NCBI GenBank assembly: GCA_965153355.1
Contig: OZ231126.1
Span: 26,226,001 to 26,290,000, forward strand
Direction: 5' to 3'
Source of the DNA: Flaccisagitta enflata
Lineage: Eukaryota
DNA length: 64,000 nucleotides
Both the position numbers and the translations under genes were made by a program. Positions 1 to 17,067 of this stretch are shown here, in pieces. Under the pieces are notes generated by a model. That model searched no databases and had not been told where the DNA came from. It was given only the letters and a program-made list of their open reading frames with translations. The number at the start of each line of letters is the position of its first letter. Position 1 is the first letter of the stretch.

Positions 1-959
1 CATTGTACACACATAAGAATTTACAAAGATTGAATAAACAAACTTTGAAAAAACATACTAAATCTAGTCCAATTTTGATGAAATTTGAAGTGGAAGTAGA
101 CCACATTGTTAGCAGGCTGTGGTACAAATTTTTTTTAGCAGAAACAGCAAGTTTTCTAAAAAAAAATTTTGTGGTTTTAAGAATGAGGTAAATGAAGATG
201 AAATCTGAAATATAAATCAATGCTAAGGCCGTAGTTTTTTACCAATCATCATGATTTTTTAACTGGGAACTTTTGTACATATGGTTCATCTCCAGTAAAA
301 TTTTTGTGAAGATTGAAGCATTTTTAGTCCCCCAAATTGCAAAAATATTCTAGGTAGCAGAGTATTTCTTATCCTGAGCAAGCTTACAATCAACCAATAT
401 TTACCCCACTAGACCTTATCTGAGTAGAAACGAATTTTGCCTAGTATTAGTAAATAGCACCATCAGACTACAGTTAAAAAATCATGACAAAACTCCCAAA
501 ACTTTTTGCACAAGGCTAATTTTACTAAAAATGGTATTATTTTGATTTAGGATAAACGTCATCTCTGGCAGTCCAAAAAAGAGGTGACTTCAGTAAAAAC
601 GTGATAACGGCTAAAGTTTTTAACGGATTTTGATGAAATTTTAACCAGACATAGTCCAAATCATGGTCATCATTCACTGTAAATTTTATGCAAATTGGTC
701 AACATCTTAATACGTTTTTGCTCTCTCAAAATTTGTTCGGTTTTTTATTTTGCCATAGTTGATATATTTTGAGGTTCCTTATAGTTATCATAGTATTTTG
801 AATTAAGAACGCTCTAAGAATGTTGAAGGCTTCATTTGGCCTCAATAATAAGAACATGAATCCTTCAAGAAAAAAATGAAGTTCTTTTTAAAAAAAAAAA
901 GTGTAGTTGATATACAGTCGTTTATTGATTACTTTTCAAATGTTGAACTAAGCTCTGTA

Positions 960-1108
960 ACAAGGCCGGATACACGGCACTCCAGTCGCAGACGGTTGGG
1001 CAGGAGTAGTTATGCAAAAACCGCTCGGAATTAAAAAATGTGACCGACTGACGGATGGACAGATGGACGGACATGGCAAGTTGTTGAGTCGCGTCTCCGC
1101 GACAAAAA
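960..1108 (-). mobile_element. DINE-1/Helentron-like short non-autonomous element
   Basis: GGCCGGATACACGG stem-loop end, GACG/GATG microsatellite and AGTCGCG..CGCGAC hairpin next to an A-run. Confidence 0.6.
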
Positions 1109-1117
1109 ATAGAAAAA

Positions 1118-2817
1118 ACAAGGCCGGATACACGGGCCAAGACGGTGCGCCGAGCGTTATTTATTCATAGCTATTCCTAGCTCCATCAGACCTATCCCTA
1201 GCTCTATCAGACCATTCCTAGCTCTATCAGACCTATCCCGCCGAGCGTTATTTATTCATAGCTATTCCTAGCTCCATCAGACCTATCCCTAGCTCTATCA
1301 GACCATTCCTAGCTCTATAAGACCTATCCCGAGCTCCATCAGGCCTCTCCCGAGCTCTATCAGACCTTTCCCAAGCTCTATCAGACCTATCACCAGCTCT
1401 ATCAGACCTATCCCCAGTTCTATCAGACACATCCTAAGACCTATCCGACCTATCACCAGACCTATCCAACCTATCCCCAGCTCTAAAAGACCTAACCGTA
1501 GCTGATTATATTAGTATCATTTATGATATATATAATATATATGATATGATATATATGATATATGATATAATATATATGATATATATGATATGATATATAA
1601 GATATATATGATATGATATATAAGATATATATGATATGATACATGATATGATACATGATATGATATGATATATGACATGATATGATATGATATATGATAT
1701 GATATATGATATATGATATATGATATATGATATATGATATATGATATGATATATGATATATGATATGATATATATATGATATATGATATGATATATGATA
1801 TGATATGATATGATATATATGATACGATATATGATACGATATATGATACGATATATGATACGATATATGATACGATATATGATATATATGATACGATATA
1901 TGATACGATATATGATATGATATATGATTTGATATATTTAATATATATGATATGATATATGATATGATATATGATATGATATATGATATGATATATGATA
2001 TGATATATGATATGATATATGATATGATATATGATATGATATATGATATGATATATGATATGATATATGATATGATATATGATATGATATATGATATGAT
2101 ATGATGTATGATATGATATATGATATGATATATGATATGATATATGATATGATATGATATGATATATGATATGATATATGATATGATATATGATATGATA
2201 CATGATATGATATATGATATGATGTATGATATGATGTATGATATGATATATGATATGATATATGATGTGATCTATGATATGATATATGATATGATATATG
2301 ATATGATATATGATATATCATATATGATATATCATATATGAGATATATGATATATGACATATGAGATTTATGATATATGATATATGAGACATATGATATA
2401 TGAGATATATGATATATGAGATATATGATATATGAGATATATGATATTATATATGATATGTATATACGTTATGATATATGATATATATATGATATATATG
2501 ATATGACATATATGATATCATTTGTGATAAATTAGTATCATTTATGATGAACGAAATGAGTTTTCTATTGATTTAAAACATTTTTAGCGATTTTTTATTC
2601 GAGCGTGACCGACGGATGGACGGATGGACGGACAGAGCTTCTTATAGAGATGCTATGGCGCATCTAAAAATCATCCTAGCATATTTCTGAATCATTTCCA
2701 GTGATTTTTGCTTCTTTTCGAGATTTTCAACTCGAGCGTGACGTGACGTGACCGACCGACCGACCGACCGACCGACAGACAGAGCTAGTTATAGAGGTGC
2801 TATGGCGCACCTAAAAA
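1118..2817 (-). mobile_element. composite DINE-1/Helentron-like element(s) carrying 21-bp repeats and an (ATATG)n-type satellite
   Basis: Starts ACAAGGCCGGATACACGG; about 21-bp AGCTCTATCAGACCTATCCC repeats at 1170-1500; AT satellite at 1520-2520; two terminal hairpins AGATGC..GCATCT and AGGTGC..GCACCT, each followed by AAAAA (about 2670 and 2817). Confidence 0.55.
1520..2520. repeat. AT-rich (ATATG/ATATATG)n satellite, mostly 12-bp period
   Basis: Direct inspection; explains the YHII/ISYH ORFs. Confidence 0.95.
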
Positions 2818-2943
2818 TAGAAGCTAAGGGTTTGGTTTTGCATATGCACATTTTTCCCTCAGGAGTTTTTGTTTTTATTGGGCCTTAAACTTTTCCTTTG
2901 TTTTCTTTTCTTTTTTCATTTTTTTCCTTTCTTTTCTTTTCCT

Positions 2944-3094
2944 TTTTTAGTTGCGGACACGCAACTCTATAAGAGACTTTGTCCGTCGGTCGGTCGGTCG
3001 GTTGGTCGGTCATGCTCAAGTTGAAAAGTGGGAAAACGCATATTTCCGCCCCTGCCCACCCGTCCGCAACTGATGGCCGTGTATCCGGCCTTGT
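2944..3094 (+). mobile_element. DINE-1/Helentron-like element, AGTTGCG family
   Basis: TTTTTAGTTGCGGACACGCAACT hairpin, (GTCG)n, subterminal inverted copy GTCCGCAACT and 3' stem-loop GGCCGTGTATCCGGCC; close copy on the minus strand at 52830-52995. Confidence 0.7.
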
Positions 3095-4197
3095 CCCTTT
3101 TCGTCTTTCCCTTGTTCCCTTTCTTTCTTCTTCATTTCTGAGGCCTGGGCCCCTTTAGTTTGTAAAGGGTGTATAAGCCTCTACAGGTACCGGAGTAGAG
3201 AGCATGATAGTTGGGAGAAGAAAAAAAATAGGTCTTGAGTTGCCCAGCGGGAAAAGTGAATGCTGCTTCCTATTTCCCATCGGGAATCCGCAATTTTTCC
3301 ATACAATGACTAAAAGAGAGACTAGAAGAGCCTAAAATTGGATGAATATTTTGCAAAAATGGAGAGAATTAGCTGAATTTCGCTAAAATTTGCTAAAATC
3401 TGCTAGAATTAGCTAGATTAGCTAGGGGTTTTGAAAAAAATCGCTAGATAATTCGCTAGGAGCTAGATGAGAAATTCTTGTCGCTAGGAGGTCCCGAAAT
3501 TCGCTAAAAATGGCGATAAAATCGCCAAATTAGCAGCAAAGGTTACCTAATTACCATCATTCAGTTCGTATTACTAGATGACGTCTTCTCAGGCTCGCAT
3601 TCGCGAGCTGTACAAACATAGTCAGAAAACATCGAAGACGCAAACGAAAACGGTAGTGCGAAAAGAAATTTAACAACCTTTATATTTGCCCAAGTGAATA
3701 TGAAAAATGCTGCATGAAGTATTTCAAGGCCGGTGGGTTGCCGAATATAATGAATGATACCTCGTTAAACAGAATTACTGTTCATGTTGAATGGAATAAT
3801 GTAAATTATTTATGTAACGATCAACGTATCTTCTTTCATTGGTACATACAAAATGTTGCTTAAAGCACTTCACTTCAATATGCAAATTAGTTTTTTTCAC
3901 CGGAGTCTGTATCAAGATCTGCATTAGGGCCATGCAGACACATGTGAGAGCAAAGGATTCTCGCAGATGTTGTCCAACTTTCATACAATGACGCATCGAG
4001 TCGTTCCAACTGTACCGAATTCTTAGAAACTTACAAACAGTAGTTATGAATTACTTAAGGTAAAGAAAATTAGTATTGGTAAGGAATCATTCAACGCGGC
4101 TTGTTTTTGTTTTACTTGGAGTTCTGCTGGTGGCTGGTTGTTGCTTTTTTTTCTCTTGATTTCTTCATTTTATCATTTTACTTTCCTTTCATATAGC

Positions 4198-4299
<102 letters not shown>

Positions 4300-5420
4300 T
4301 TTGAAGTGGATTTGTGAGAAAAGTAATTTCGCGGTGTCAAAGCTGAGAGGCAAAGTCAAGGTTTGAAGGTCGAAAAATCCAGAGCGCGACGATACAAGAT
4401 TGGCGCAGAAGTGGGTGGAGGAAGCGAAGGGGGAGGAGCAGGGGTGGGTGGAGGAAGCAGAGGGGGAGTAGGAGTGGGTGGAGGTAGCAGAGGGGGAGAA
4501 GCAGGAGTGGGTGGAGGAAGCGGAGGGGGAGGAGCAGGAGTGGTTGGAGGGCGAGGGAGAGGATTAGAAGTGGGTGGGAGAAGAGTAGTGGCTGAAGTGG
4601 GTGGGGGTCCGACGGATGTTTGCCTGGTGTCAGGACGAGGGGAAGTCGTCGAAATACACTCTAGAATAGAGTAGATGTACAGAAAATCAGTTTGACAGGC
4701 AAAACATTAACAGACAGATTAGGAGACTGGCACAGCAGGGCTTAGATAAAAAAAAGGAATTACTTAGCGGAAAGAGCAAGACAGAAGAGTTGAAAATATA
4801 AAAAAAAAAAACAGCCGGGACTTTGAGGAGAAACTTTGAGAAAATCAAGTTGCGAAATGATACTATCATTAATAGCCGAAAAATAGACAGAACAGACAGA
4901 ACTGAACGAAAAGAAAAAGAAAAGAGTAGATGCCAAAAAATGACGAGATAAAATTTGTGATATTGATGACCTTTCGTGATTACAAGAGGTAAGGACGAAC
5001 TTGAGACCTGGAGGGAGAAACTGAGTCTGAGACTAAGATGAGCCAAAGATTAGCCTGACGGTAAAAGCGGTTAAAGCGAAAAAGTGATTGAAGAACAGGG
5101 GGGGGGAGGGTAGATTGGGATGGAAAGGTTGGTAGAGAAAGGCATCGGGGGCTTATCAGTATTAGTTTATTTGTTGACTTTTCCCCCCAAATTCAAACTT
5201 CCCTCTTTTCCCTTCCCCAAATTTTCTACTGCTCTCTTTCCACATCCTCCAACCCTTCTCATTGCTTACCCCAAATTCAGACACCTCTTTCCCATCCAAG
5301 TCCCCCACCTTCAATTTCGAATGCCTCTTTCTCGTCCCAGCCCCCCCCCCCATCCCCTCTTCAATTTACAACGCCACAATCGCTAACCCTTCTCTTTGTC
5401 TTTCTCTTTTTCACTTACAG

Positions 5421-5501
5421 ATTTCATTTCCATTTCTTCAAAATTTGGATTCGATTCGGTGACAAACCAACACTTTTGCGGCAATCCACTTTTGTCAAAC
5501 G
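5421..5501 (+). other. orphan 81-nt internal exon candidate
   Basis: Branch point GCTAAC (about 5382), long polypyrimidine tract, TTACAG acceptor and ACG|GTGAGT donor. Confidence 0.4.
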
Positions 5502-6310
5502 GTGAGTGCGTCAAAATCATACATTTGCTCTCTGATAGAATGAGTTATAAAGTAAGGTCATCGATAAAGATGAGTAAATTGCTGAAGGGCTTTACGGCAG
5601 TAAAAAGTCATCTACAATTACAGACTGTTAGACTGTTAGTGCGAAAGAGTGAATGGAATATGATGTTATCTATGTACAACTGAAGACACCAACACACGAG
5701 CAGAAGGCGATGTAGTTTTCTGAAAGATGCCATTTAGACGGACAAAGGGACAAACGAACACACGGATAAACCGACAAACAGGCAAACGGACAAATGGACA
5801 AACGGAAAAACGGGAAAACGGACAAACAGAAAAACGGACCAACAGACAAACGAAACAATTGACAGCCCAACAGAAAGCTACAATTGGGCACTGCAAACAA
5901 AGAGTCATCACAAGATTATAAAATTTCCCACCAATTAATAAAGAAAATATTTTGCTATTAAAAAGAACTGAAAACAAAAGACCGTCCAGAGCTTCTAAGC
6001 TCGCCATTCTATTTAAAAAGCTCCACCTCCTTCATCTCCTCGTCCACCTCCTCCTCCTCCTCCTCCTCCTCTTTGTCAGTCCGCCTCAGCCATCCACTTC
6101 CATATTCAAACCGTCGCACTTAAATATCCTTCTTTACGATTTTCTGGCGCTCAACACTTTTACGATAATTTTTACGTCTATTTTTATCCCTTTTCCCTTC
6201 CCTCCCCGTTTCTGCCTTCCTTCCTCGTTTTATCCTCATTTCATTTCGCCCTCTTCCCCTCTTCCTTTTCCTTTCTTTTCTTTCTTCTTTTCTTTCTTCT
6301 TCTTTCTTTC

Positions 6311-6356
<46 letters not shown>

Positions 6357-6525
6357 CTTTCTTTCTTTCTCTTTCTGTCTTCTATCTTTCTTCTTTTCAC
6401 TTCCTTTCTGCTTCCTCTCTTCTACTCTTTTTATCTTTTTTTATTTCACTCTTTCATTATTTTGTCTTCCTCTTTGTGTTGTTAACCTTTTTTAATGGCA
6501 CAAAGCGAATAATCTGATAAGATAT

Positions 6526-6616
<91 letters not shown>

Positions 6617-6972
6617 GGATACGTACAAGTAGTCCTAATCAATGGAGAAAAACAGAAAACAGAAAACATCTGACATGTGATACGACTGATCGACCGACCG
6701 ACCGACAAGGAGAGACAGATCAATTAAGACAGTGCCATCAATTTCAGCGGGACAGACGAAAAGAAACGGACAGAAGCCAAAAGAAGACAGTGCTATAAAT
6801 TTCAGAGGGACAGCGAAACAGAGACAGCACGTAGGCGTGATAAAGCGACTGCGTGCATCATTGTCATGCATCCTTTGGGATTCTAGTCTGATTATTCTTT
6901 TGTTTCCTTTTCTTTAGTTTATGTTTCCACGCTTACCCACTACAGTCGACAGAGGGCCATGTGCATATGAGT

Positions 6973-7070
<98 letters not shown>

Positions 7071-7361
7071 GGTCATAAAACCGTTTAAGCACCCTAGCCT
7101 CTTTAAACATGGCAATTACGTAACTAAACCACTATCATATCTTCTTGGAGCGTTTCCCTCTGTATATTTCAACATTCTCCAAAGGCTTTGACTAAAGACT
7201 ATGTTGATGCATGAATCAGCTATCGATAATCATAAATAAATCGACTCGGGATATCCCTGGCCTATTTGGTTTTCATCCGTCCCCTCTTTCAGCGTTTCCA
7301 CTTTAGGAGTCGCATTCCATCTCTTCCAATATCACGTCACACGATATCCGTTGATCCCAAG

Positions 7362-10692
<3,331 letters not shown>

Positions 10693-11474
10693 CTCGAGTT
10701 CTTAAACAAGATTATAACTGTTTGGGCGTGTTTCCAGTGATGGCAACAATGGCGATGTTTCCCGTTGACTGCGTCTACAGCGTGAACATTTCTTGCAGCC
10801 AACTTATGATGAAGTGAGCGGGCCTATGAAAGGAGCGTGCTATCAGAGCAGCAGAGCGCTGTGGAGCGAGTGAGCAGAGGGAGTGGTGCGAGTGAGCAGA
10901 GGGAGTGGTGCGAGTGAAAGAATGTAGCAAGCGGCCAAAATGCCCTTTGGAAACGCGATTGTTACGTTTAGAAACAGGTCCAAAAAGATTGTTTTTTCTT
11001 TTCTTTTAATTTCTTTTTCCCTTGAAGAGGAAAAAAAGTTATTCCCCCGATGTTCACGTAAAGAAAATAATTCCACTTCTTCTAGCTTTGTCTAACGACT
11101 AAGAAACTAAGTATGGAGCTTCATCAAAAGACATCTTCTATCGAGTTTTTATTTTCTTTCAAACCTATTCTTGGTGCAGCGACTCGGAGCGCCACGTTTG
11201 ATGATGTAGACAAGTTGATTGAGCTACTTATTTTTTTAAAACGCTTTAACCGTCCTTTAGTCGGTTGGGTAGTTTCTATAAAACTAAAAAAAATCTATAC
11301 GTTCATTACTGGCACACCACCTGTTAACTTTTGATGGTGAATAATGCAAAAGAGCTTCGATTTTCAGGGCAGAATGTTGCGTCGTTGTAGTTGTTACTTA
11401 AAGATTCTGTTCTTAAGATCCCTTTCACCCGCTCGCTGAACGTATTTCCTATTACTGCTTTTCATGAGAGAGAA

Positions 11475-11715
11475 CACACACTGCCCCAAATCCCACCACC
11501 ACAAAAAATACCTGTCACCCCCAATCACCCCATCATCACCACCAATTCACCTACACACTGCCCCAAATCTCACCACCACAAGAAATAAATACCTGTCACC
11601 CCCCAATCACCCCATCATCACCATTAATTCACCTACACACTGCCCCAAATCTCACCACCACAAGAAATAAATACCTGTCACCCCCCAATCACCCCATCAT
11701 CACCATTAATTCACC
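11475..11715. repeat. about 80-bp tandem repeat, 3 copies
   Basis: Repeated CACACTGCCCCAAATCTCACCACCACAAGAAATAAATACCTGTCACCCCC... Confidence 0.9.
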
Positions 11716-12023
11716 AAGAAAGTTTGACGTGACGGATACTATCTGAGTTGACACACTGTGGTTGGACTAAGCTGCCAGATACAGAATGGTGGAAAGCTAT
11801 ATTAAACACTTTATATGGATATTAGATTAAAGCCTCAAGATGGGAAATTTTTTTGTCGAACCTTTAAAGTTTTTTATTTCTCCAATAGATTAACTTAGTT
11901 AGAGGTTCGAAAATCGATGGATCAATTTGTTGAATATTCAATTTTTTGGCTCTTCTGGGATGTAAAACTTTTTTTTTCTTTTTACTTACTTAAAAAAGTT
12001 TTAATTCGCTTTACGCCATCATT

Positions 12024-12090
<67 letters not shown>

Positions 12091-12307
12091 GTTTTCTCTT
12101 TTTTTCCCCTTTTTTTCTTTTCTTTGACTCTCTTTCCTCTCTGGAATGAATTTCCAATTTTGTTTCCACACACAGAGGATAATTCATTTTCTAATGAAAT
12201 AAGAAACAGGGAATGTGTGGAGTTAAGGATGAAGTGAAAAAGGGGAGTGAGCAGTATGAAGAGGGCTGTTAGATTAAAGGTGTATGTGTGTGTGCGTGCG
12301 CGCGCGC

Positions 12308-12404
<97 letters not shown>

Positions 12405-12589
12405 TGTGTGTCTGTGTGTCTGTGTGTGTGTGTGTCTATGTGTGTCTGTGTGTGTGTCTGTGGTGTGTCCGTGTATGTTAGGGGAAGTGATTTATGACTT
12501 GACTTGGTTGTAAGCATCTCAATTATCTGCGGATTATGGAATCGAATCCCTTAAGAATCTCCGCCCTCTAAACGCTCAGTCAAGGTTAT

Positions 12590-12631
<42 letters not shown>

Positions 12632-13976
12632 GCCTCTTTGCTATTCCATATTCTCGTTGGTTCAACAGAGTTAATGTAACCATAAATGCAAGGCCATCGT
12701 TTATTCCGCTTCCTCAACTTTCAACTACCATAAATGAAAAGACTTGAACCTGCCAAAAAATGGAAACCCTTTCGACTCACTATTAGTGCTGGTTTTGGCA
12801 GCGTTCTATTTTAACCTGGTATTGAATATAATGGCAGTATTACTCGCTGACTTACCAATTAATGGTAGCTTAGCCTAATAACCAATGAGAATTGTTCATT
12901 GAATAAACGCCTTAACTATAATACCTGGCTGCCAACCATCCTGCCAATGCAACCTATGAAAGATTCTAGATCAATGCAGTCAGCTGTCAACAAATGACCC
13001 ATCGCCCTCTGTCTTTTCTATCTCTTCAAACGTAACGCTAACACGCTGACATCTTCTAATGTTTTGTGATTCTAATGTTTTCCGACTTACGACTTCCGAT
13101 TCTTCCAATCAATCAGCTTTTTTTCCCAATTTGGCGGCTATCTTTCTTCATCCCTGATCACAGTTTATGTGAGTCATGTGAGTCTGTATATTTTGTTTGG
13201 CTTTATGTCGCCTTTTTCATTTTCATCTTGCGTCTTGTTTAGTTAGCTTTCATCACAAAAAAAAAACGTTTCTTCTTTAACTCCGTTGATTTTTTTTCCT
13301 TTCTTCCTTCTTTCTCTCCTTTCTTTTCTTCTTCTCTATTTTCTTTCTCTTTTCTGACCATCATACGAAAAGAAGAGAAGAAAAAAAATCGTTGAAACTT
13401 CATCTTCTCTTTCGCCGGTGACCCGGAGGCCCGAACTCCAGCGCGAGGCTCCATACATATCAATGAGATTTCGGGCAGAAGAGCAGGGGAAGGAGGAAGA
13501 GAAGAAGAAAAAGAGAGGAGGAGGCGGGGTACAGAGGAGGAAGCGGAGAAGGAAGAGTTGGAAAAGAGAGTAGAAAGGGGAGAGGAGGAGGAGAGGAGGA
13601 AGAGGATAGATGAAGAAAGGGGCGAAGAGTGGGATGGAATGAAGTAGCGGCCGCGTGAGGCCATGATATGGAGGAAAGCATAAGAAAGGATATGTATACA
13701 CGACCCCACCAAGGGATGATTCTGGCTGAGGCCATGGTATGGAGGAAAGCGTTAGAAAAATTATGTTTATACAACCCCACAAAGGGATGCTTGTGGCTAT
13801 GTGAGGCTCTGATATGGAGGAAAACATTAGAAAGGTTACGTATATACAACGCACAAAGGGATGCTTCTGGCTGTATAAGGCTATGTTAAGGAGTAAAGTG
13901 TAAGAAAAGATACAAATAAATGGTCCACAAATGGATGCTTCTGGCTGTGTGAGGTCATGGTGTAGAGGAGAGCATG

Positions 13977-14452
13977 AATAGTCGCAAAAGCGTTAGATGG
14001 TCAGCGGTACCCGTGCCCTGCTTCAGTGGGTTGTGGTTGGTGAGGAGAGGCAGCCTCAATCGATGACGCTTTCCACATATGGGGAATTTTCTTCTCCTCC
14101 TTCTTCCTCCTACCCCTCCCTTCCCAGCCTCCCCAGGCCCATATCTAAGCCTGGAGGCCCATATCCCAGCCTCAAGGCCCAAATCCCAGTCTTGAGGCCC
14201 AAATCCCTAGAGACTGGAATCTGGGCCTTACGGTTGGGATTTGGGCCTTGAAGGTGGGATTTGGGCCTCAAGACTGGGATTTGGGCCTCGAGGCTGGGAT
14301 ATGGGCCTCCAGGCTGAGATATGGGCCTGGAGGCTGGGGGGAGGGGGGGGGGGGTTAGAAGAAGGAGAAGAAGGAGAAGGAGAAGGAGGAGAAAATTCCC
14401 CATATGTGTGGAAGCATATGTCATCGACCCCTTTGGGGCCGCTGCCCAAAAA
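13977..14452 (-). mobile_element. GGGCAGCGGCCCC-family non-autonomous element with internal 21-bp repeats
   Basis: Ends match (reverse complement) the element at 27704-28220; internal GGGATTTGGGCCTC-type repeats. Confidence 0.7.
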
Positions 14453-14679
14453 CCAAACTGATGGTAAATTGTCTTGTCAAACTGAAAGGTGATTACTTTT
14501 GAGATTTAATATAAAACATAAACAAATGAACACTTGGCTAGTTGTCTAGTGGTCCTTAGTGGGAAATAAAACTCGTATCATTATATATAGAATTTACCAT
14601 ATCTTATCACTAAAGAACTATTGTCCAGTAATTTATCCCAACGTGAATAGTATTCCAACATTTATTTCTGTTTTTACGG

Positions 14680-15760
14680 AGAAAAACTGGATATGTTTTC
14701 ACTTTTCTGTTAACTATCCCAGAGTGAAAACCCTCACTACATTTTTTTATCCTTTTTAATGGATAAAATTGGATATGTTTTTATTTTTCTGATAACTATC
14801 CCAGAGTAAAAACCCTCCCTACGTTTTCTTTTTCTTTTTTAATGGATAAAATTGAATATGTTTTCATTTTTCTGTTAACTATCCCAGAGTGAAAACCCTC
14901 CCTTCTTTTTTCTTTCTTTTTTAATGGATAAAACTGGATATGTTTTCATTTTTCTGTTAACAACCCCAGAGTGAAAACCCTCCCTTCTTTTTTTTCTTTT
15001 TTGATGGATAAAACTGGATATGTTTTCATTTTTCTGTTTACAATCCCAGAGTGAAAACCCTCCCTTCTTTTTTTTCTTTTTTTTGATGGATAAAACTGGA
15101 TATGTTTTCATTTTTCTGTTAACAATCCCAGAGTGAAAACCCTCCCTTCTTTTTTTTCTTTTTTAATGGATAAAACTGGATATGTTTTCGTTTTTCTGTT
15201 AACTATCCCAGAGTGAAAACCCTCCCTTCTTTTTTTTTCTTTTTTGATGGATAAAACTGGATATGATTTCATTTTTCTGTTAACAATCCCAGAGTGAAAA
15301 CCCTCCCTTCTTTTTTTTTCTTTTTTGATGGATAAAACTGGATATGTTTTCATTTTTCTGTTAACAATCCCAGAGTGAAAACCCTCCCTTCTTTTTTTTC
15401 TTTTTTAATGGATAAAACTGGATATGTTTTCGTTTTTCTGTTAACAATCCCAGAGTGAAAACCCTCCCTTCTTTTTTTTTTTTTTTTTTAATGGATAAAA
15501 CTGGATATGTTTTCGTTTTTCTGTTAACTATCCCAGAGTGAAAACCCTCCCTTCTTTTTTTTTCTTTTTTATTTAATGGATAAAACTGGAAATGTTTTCA
15601 TTTTTCTGTAAACAATCCCAGAGTGAAAACCCTCCCTTCTTTTTTTTTCTTTTTTAACGGATAAAACTGGATATGTTTTCGTTTTTCTGTTAACAATCCC
15701 AGAGTGAAAACCCTCCCTTCTTTTTTTTTTCTTTTTTAATGGATAAAACTGGATATGTTT
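14680..15760. repeat. about 81-bp minisatellite, about 13 copies
   Basis: Unit GGATAAAACTGGATATGTTTTCATTTTTCTGTTAACAATCCCAGAGTGAAAACCCTCCCTTC plus a variable T-run. Confidence 0.95.
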
Positions 15761-15884
15761 GCATCGGCGAGCGAGTTGCACAAGTTTATCCTTCGCCTGT
15801 CCGAGGCGAATATTAAGTAGGACCGCCCCAAAATCACGGCGATGGCGAAACGAAACGATGGATGGGCCCATGAACTGAGGAACA

Positions 15885-16520
15885 CAGAGGTACATGGGCT
15901 GGATGGGAATTGAACACTAAGGAATGGACAGATGTATATGGGCTGCAAAAAGAATGAACACCGAGGAATGGACAGATGCATACGGGCTAGATTGAGAATG
16001 AACACCAAGGAATGGACAGATGTGTATGGGCTGAATGGAGAATGAACACCAAGGAATGGACTGATGCATACTGGCTGAGTCGTGAATGAACTCCAAGAAA
16101 TGGACAGATGTATACGGGCTGGATTGGGAATGAACACCAAGGAATAGACAGATGTATACGGGCTGAGTCGTGAATGAACACCAAGGAATAGACAGATGTA
16201 TATGGGCTGGATTGGGAATGAACACCAAGGAATAGACAGATGTATACCAGCTGGATTGGGAATGAACACCAAGGAATAGAACGATGTATACGGGCTGAGT
16301 CGTGAATGAACACCAAGGTATGGACAGATGTATACGGGCTGGATTGGGAATGAACTCCAAGGACGGGAGAAAGTAAACGCCAAGGAATGGATATTTATGG
16401 GCTTGAAAAGGAATGAACGCCAAGGAATGGACAGATGCATACACTTTAAAGAAGGAGAAATGGGAAATGGACTGGGTTACGGACTGAAAAGAAAATGAAC
16501 GCCATATAAAGGACAGATTG
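15885..16520. repeat. 44-bp minisatellite with alternating variants
   Basis: Unit GACAGATGTATACGGGCT(GGATTGG/GAGTCGT)GAATGAACACCAAGGAATA. Confidence 0.93.
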
Positions 16521-16768
16521 ATAAACTGGGGAAAGAAAGAATGACAATACAGCCATATCCGCGGACTAAGAAGATAATTATTTCCGATGTATATAAAATG
16601 TATAGAGGAAAAACGCCATAGCGGATTGATGGAGCGGAAAGAGGCTGAAATTGAGGAAGCAACGAAAGGAGATGAATATGGCCACGAATGACCACATATG
16701 GCCAGGATGACCAGGGTTGACCATATATGACCTTGATTACCAATTGAAATAAAAGAGTATCAGAAGTA

Positions 16769-16951
16769 CAGTTGAACCCCGCAATTGTGGATGTCAAGGG
16801 ACCAACGAATGTTATTTGTCAAAGGCGTATCTCTACTATTGCCAATATGGAGAAAAAAAGACAAAAGAATTGACATAATGGGATCAAAGTTTTACTTTCA
16901 GTACATGCGGACTTTCATTACTTTTGGATCCTTTATAGCAGGGTGTACCTG
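16769..16951. mobile_element. degenerate Tc1/mariner-type MITE
   Basis: TA|CAGTTGAACCCCGC ... GCAGGGTGTACCTG|TA; imperfect TIRs with a TA target duplication. Confidence 0.5.
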
Positions 16952-17067
16952 TATCATTGGGGTCATTGGTCAAGCTAATTGTACGGTGCAAACATTTACC
17001 ATATTGATCGAATATTGAAAGTAAGATCCAAAAATAGCATCTACTTTATGGTTGCTGCTAGGAAGTA

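Noticed and set aside
3170-3195. CTCTACAGGTA, resembling part of miR-993-3p
   Set aside because: The seed (AAGCTCG) and the 5' arm TACCCTGTAG are absent, and there is no hairpin.
4680-5080. Possible decayed retroelement coding remnant (also about 20430-20960 and 37740-38030)
   Set aside because: No recognisable RT, endonuclease or integrase motif; unsupported without a homology search.
14680-16520. Regular repeats superficially like a CRISPR array
   Set aside because: Units are contiguous without unique spacers; eukaryotic context and no cas genes.
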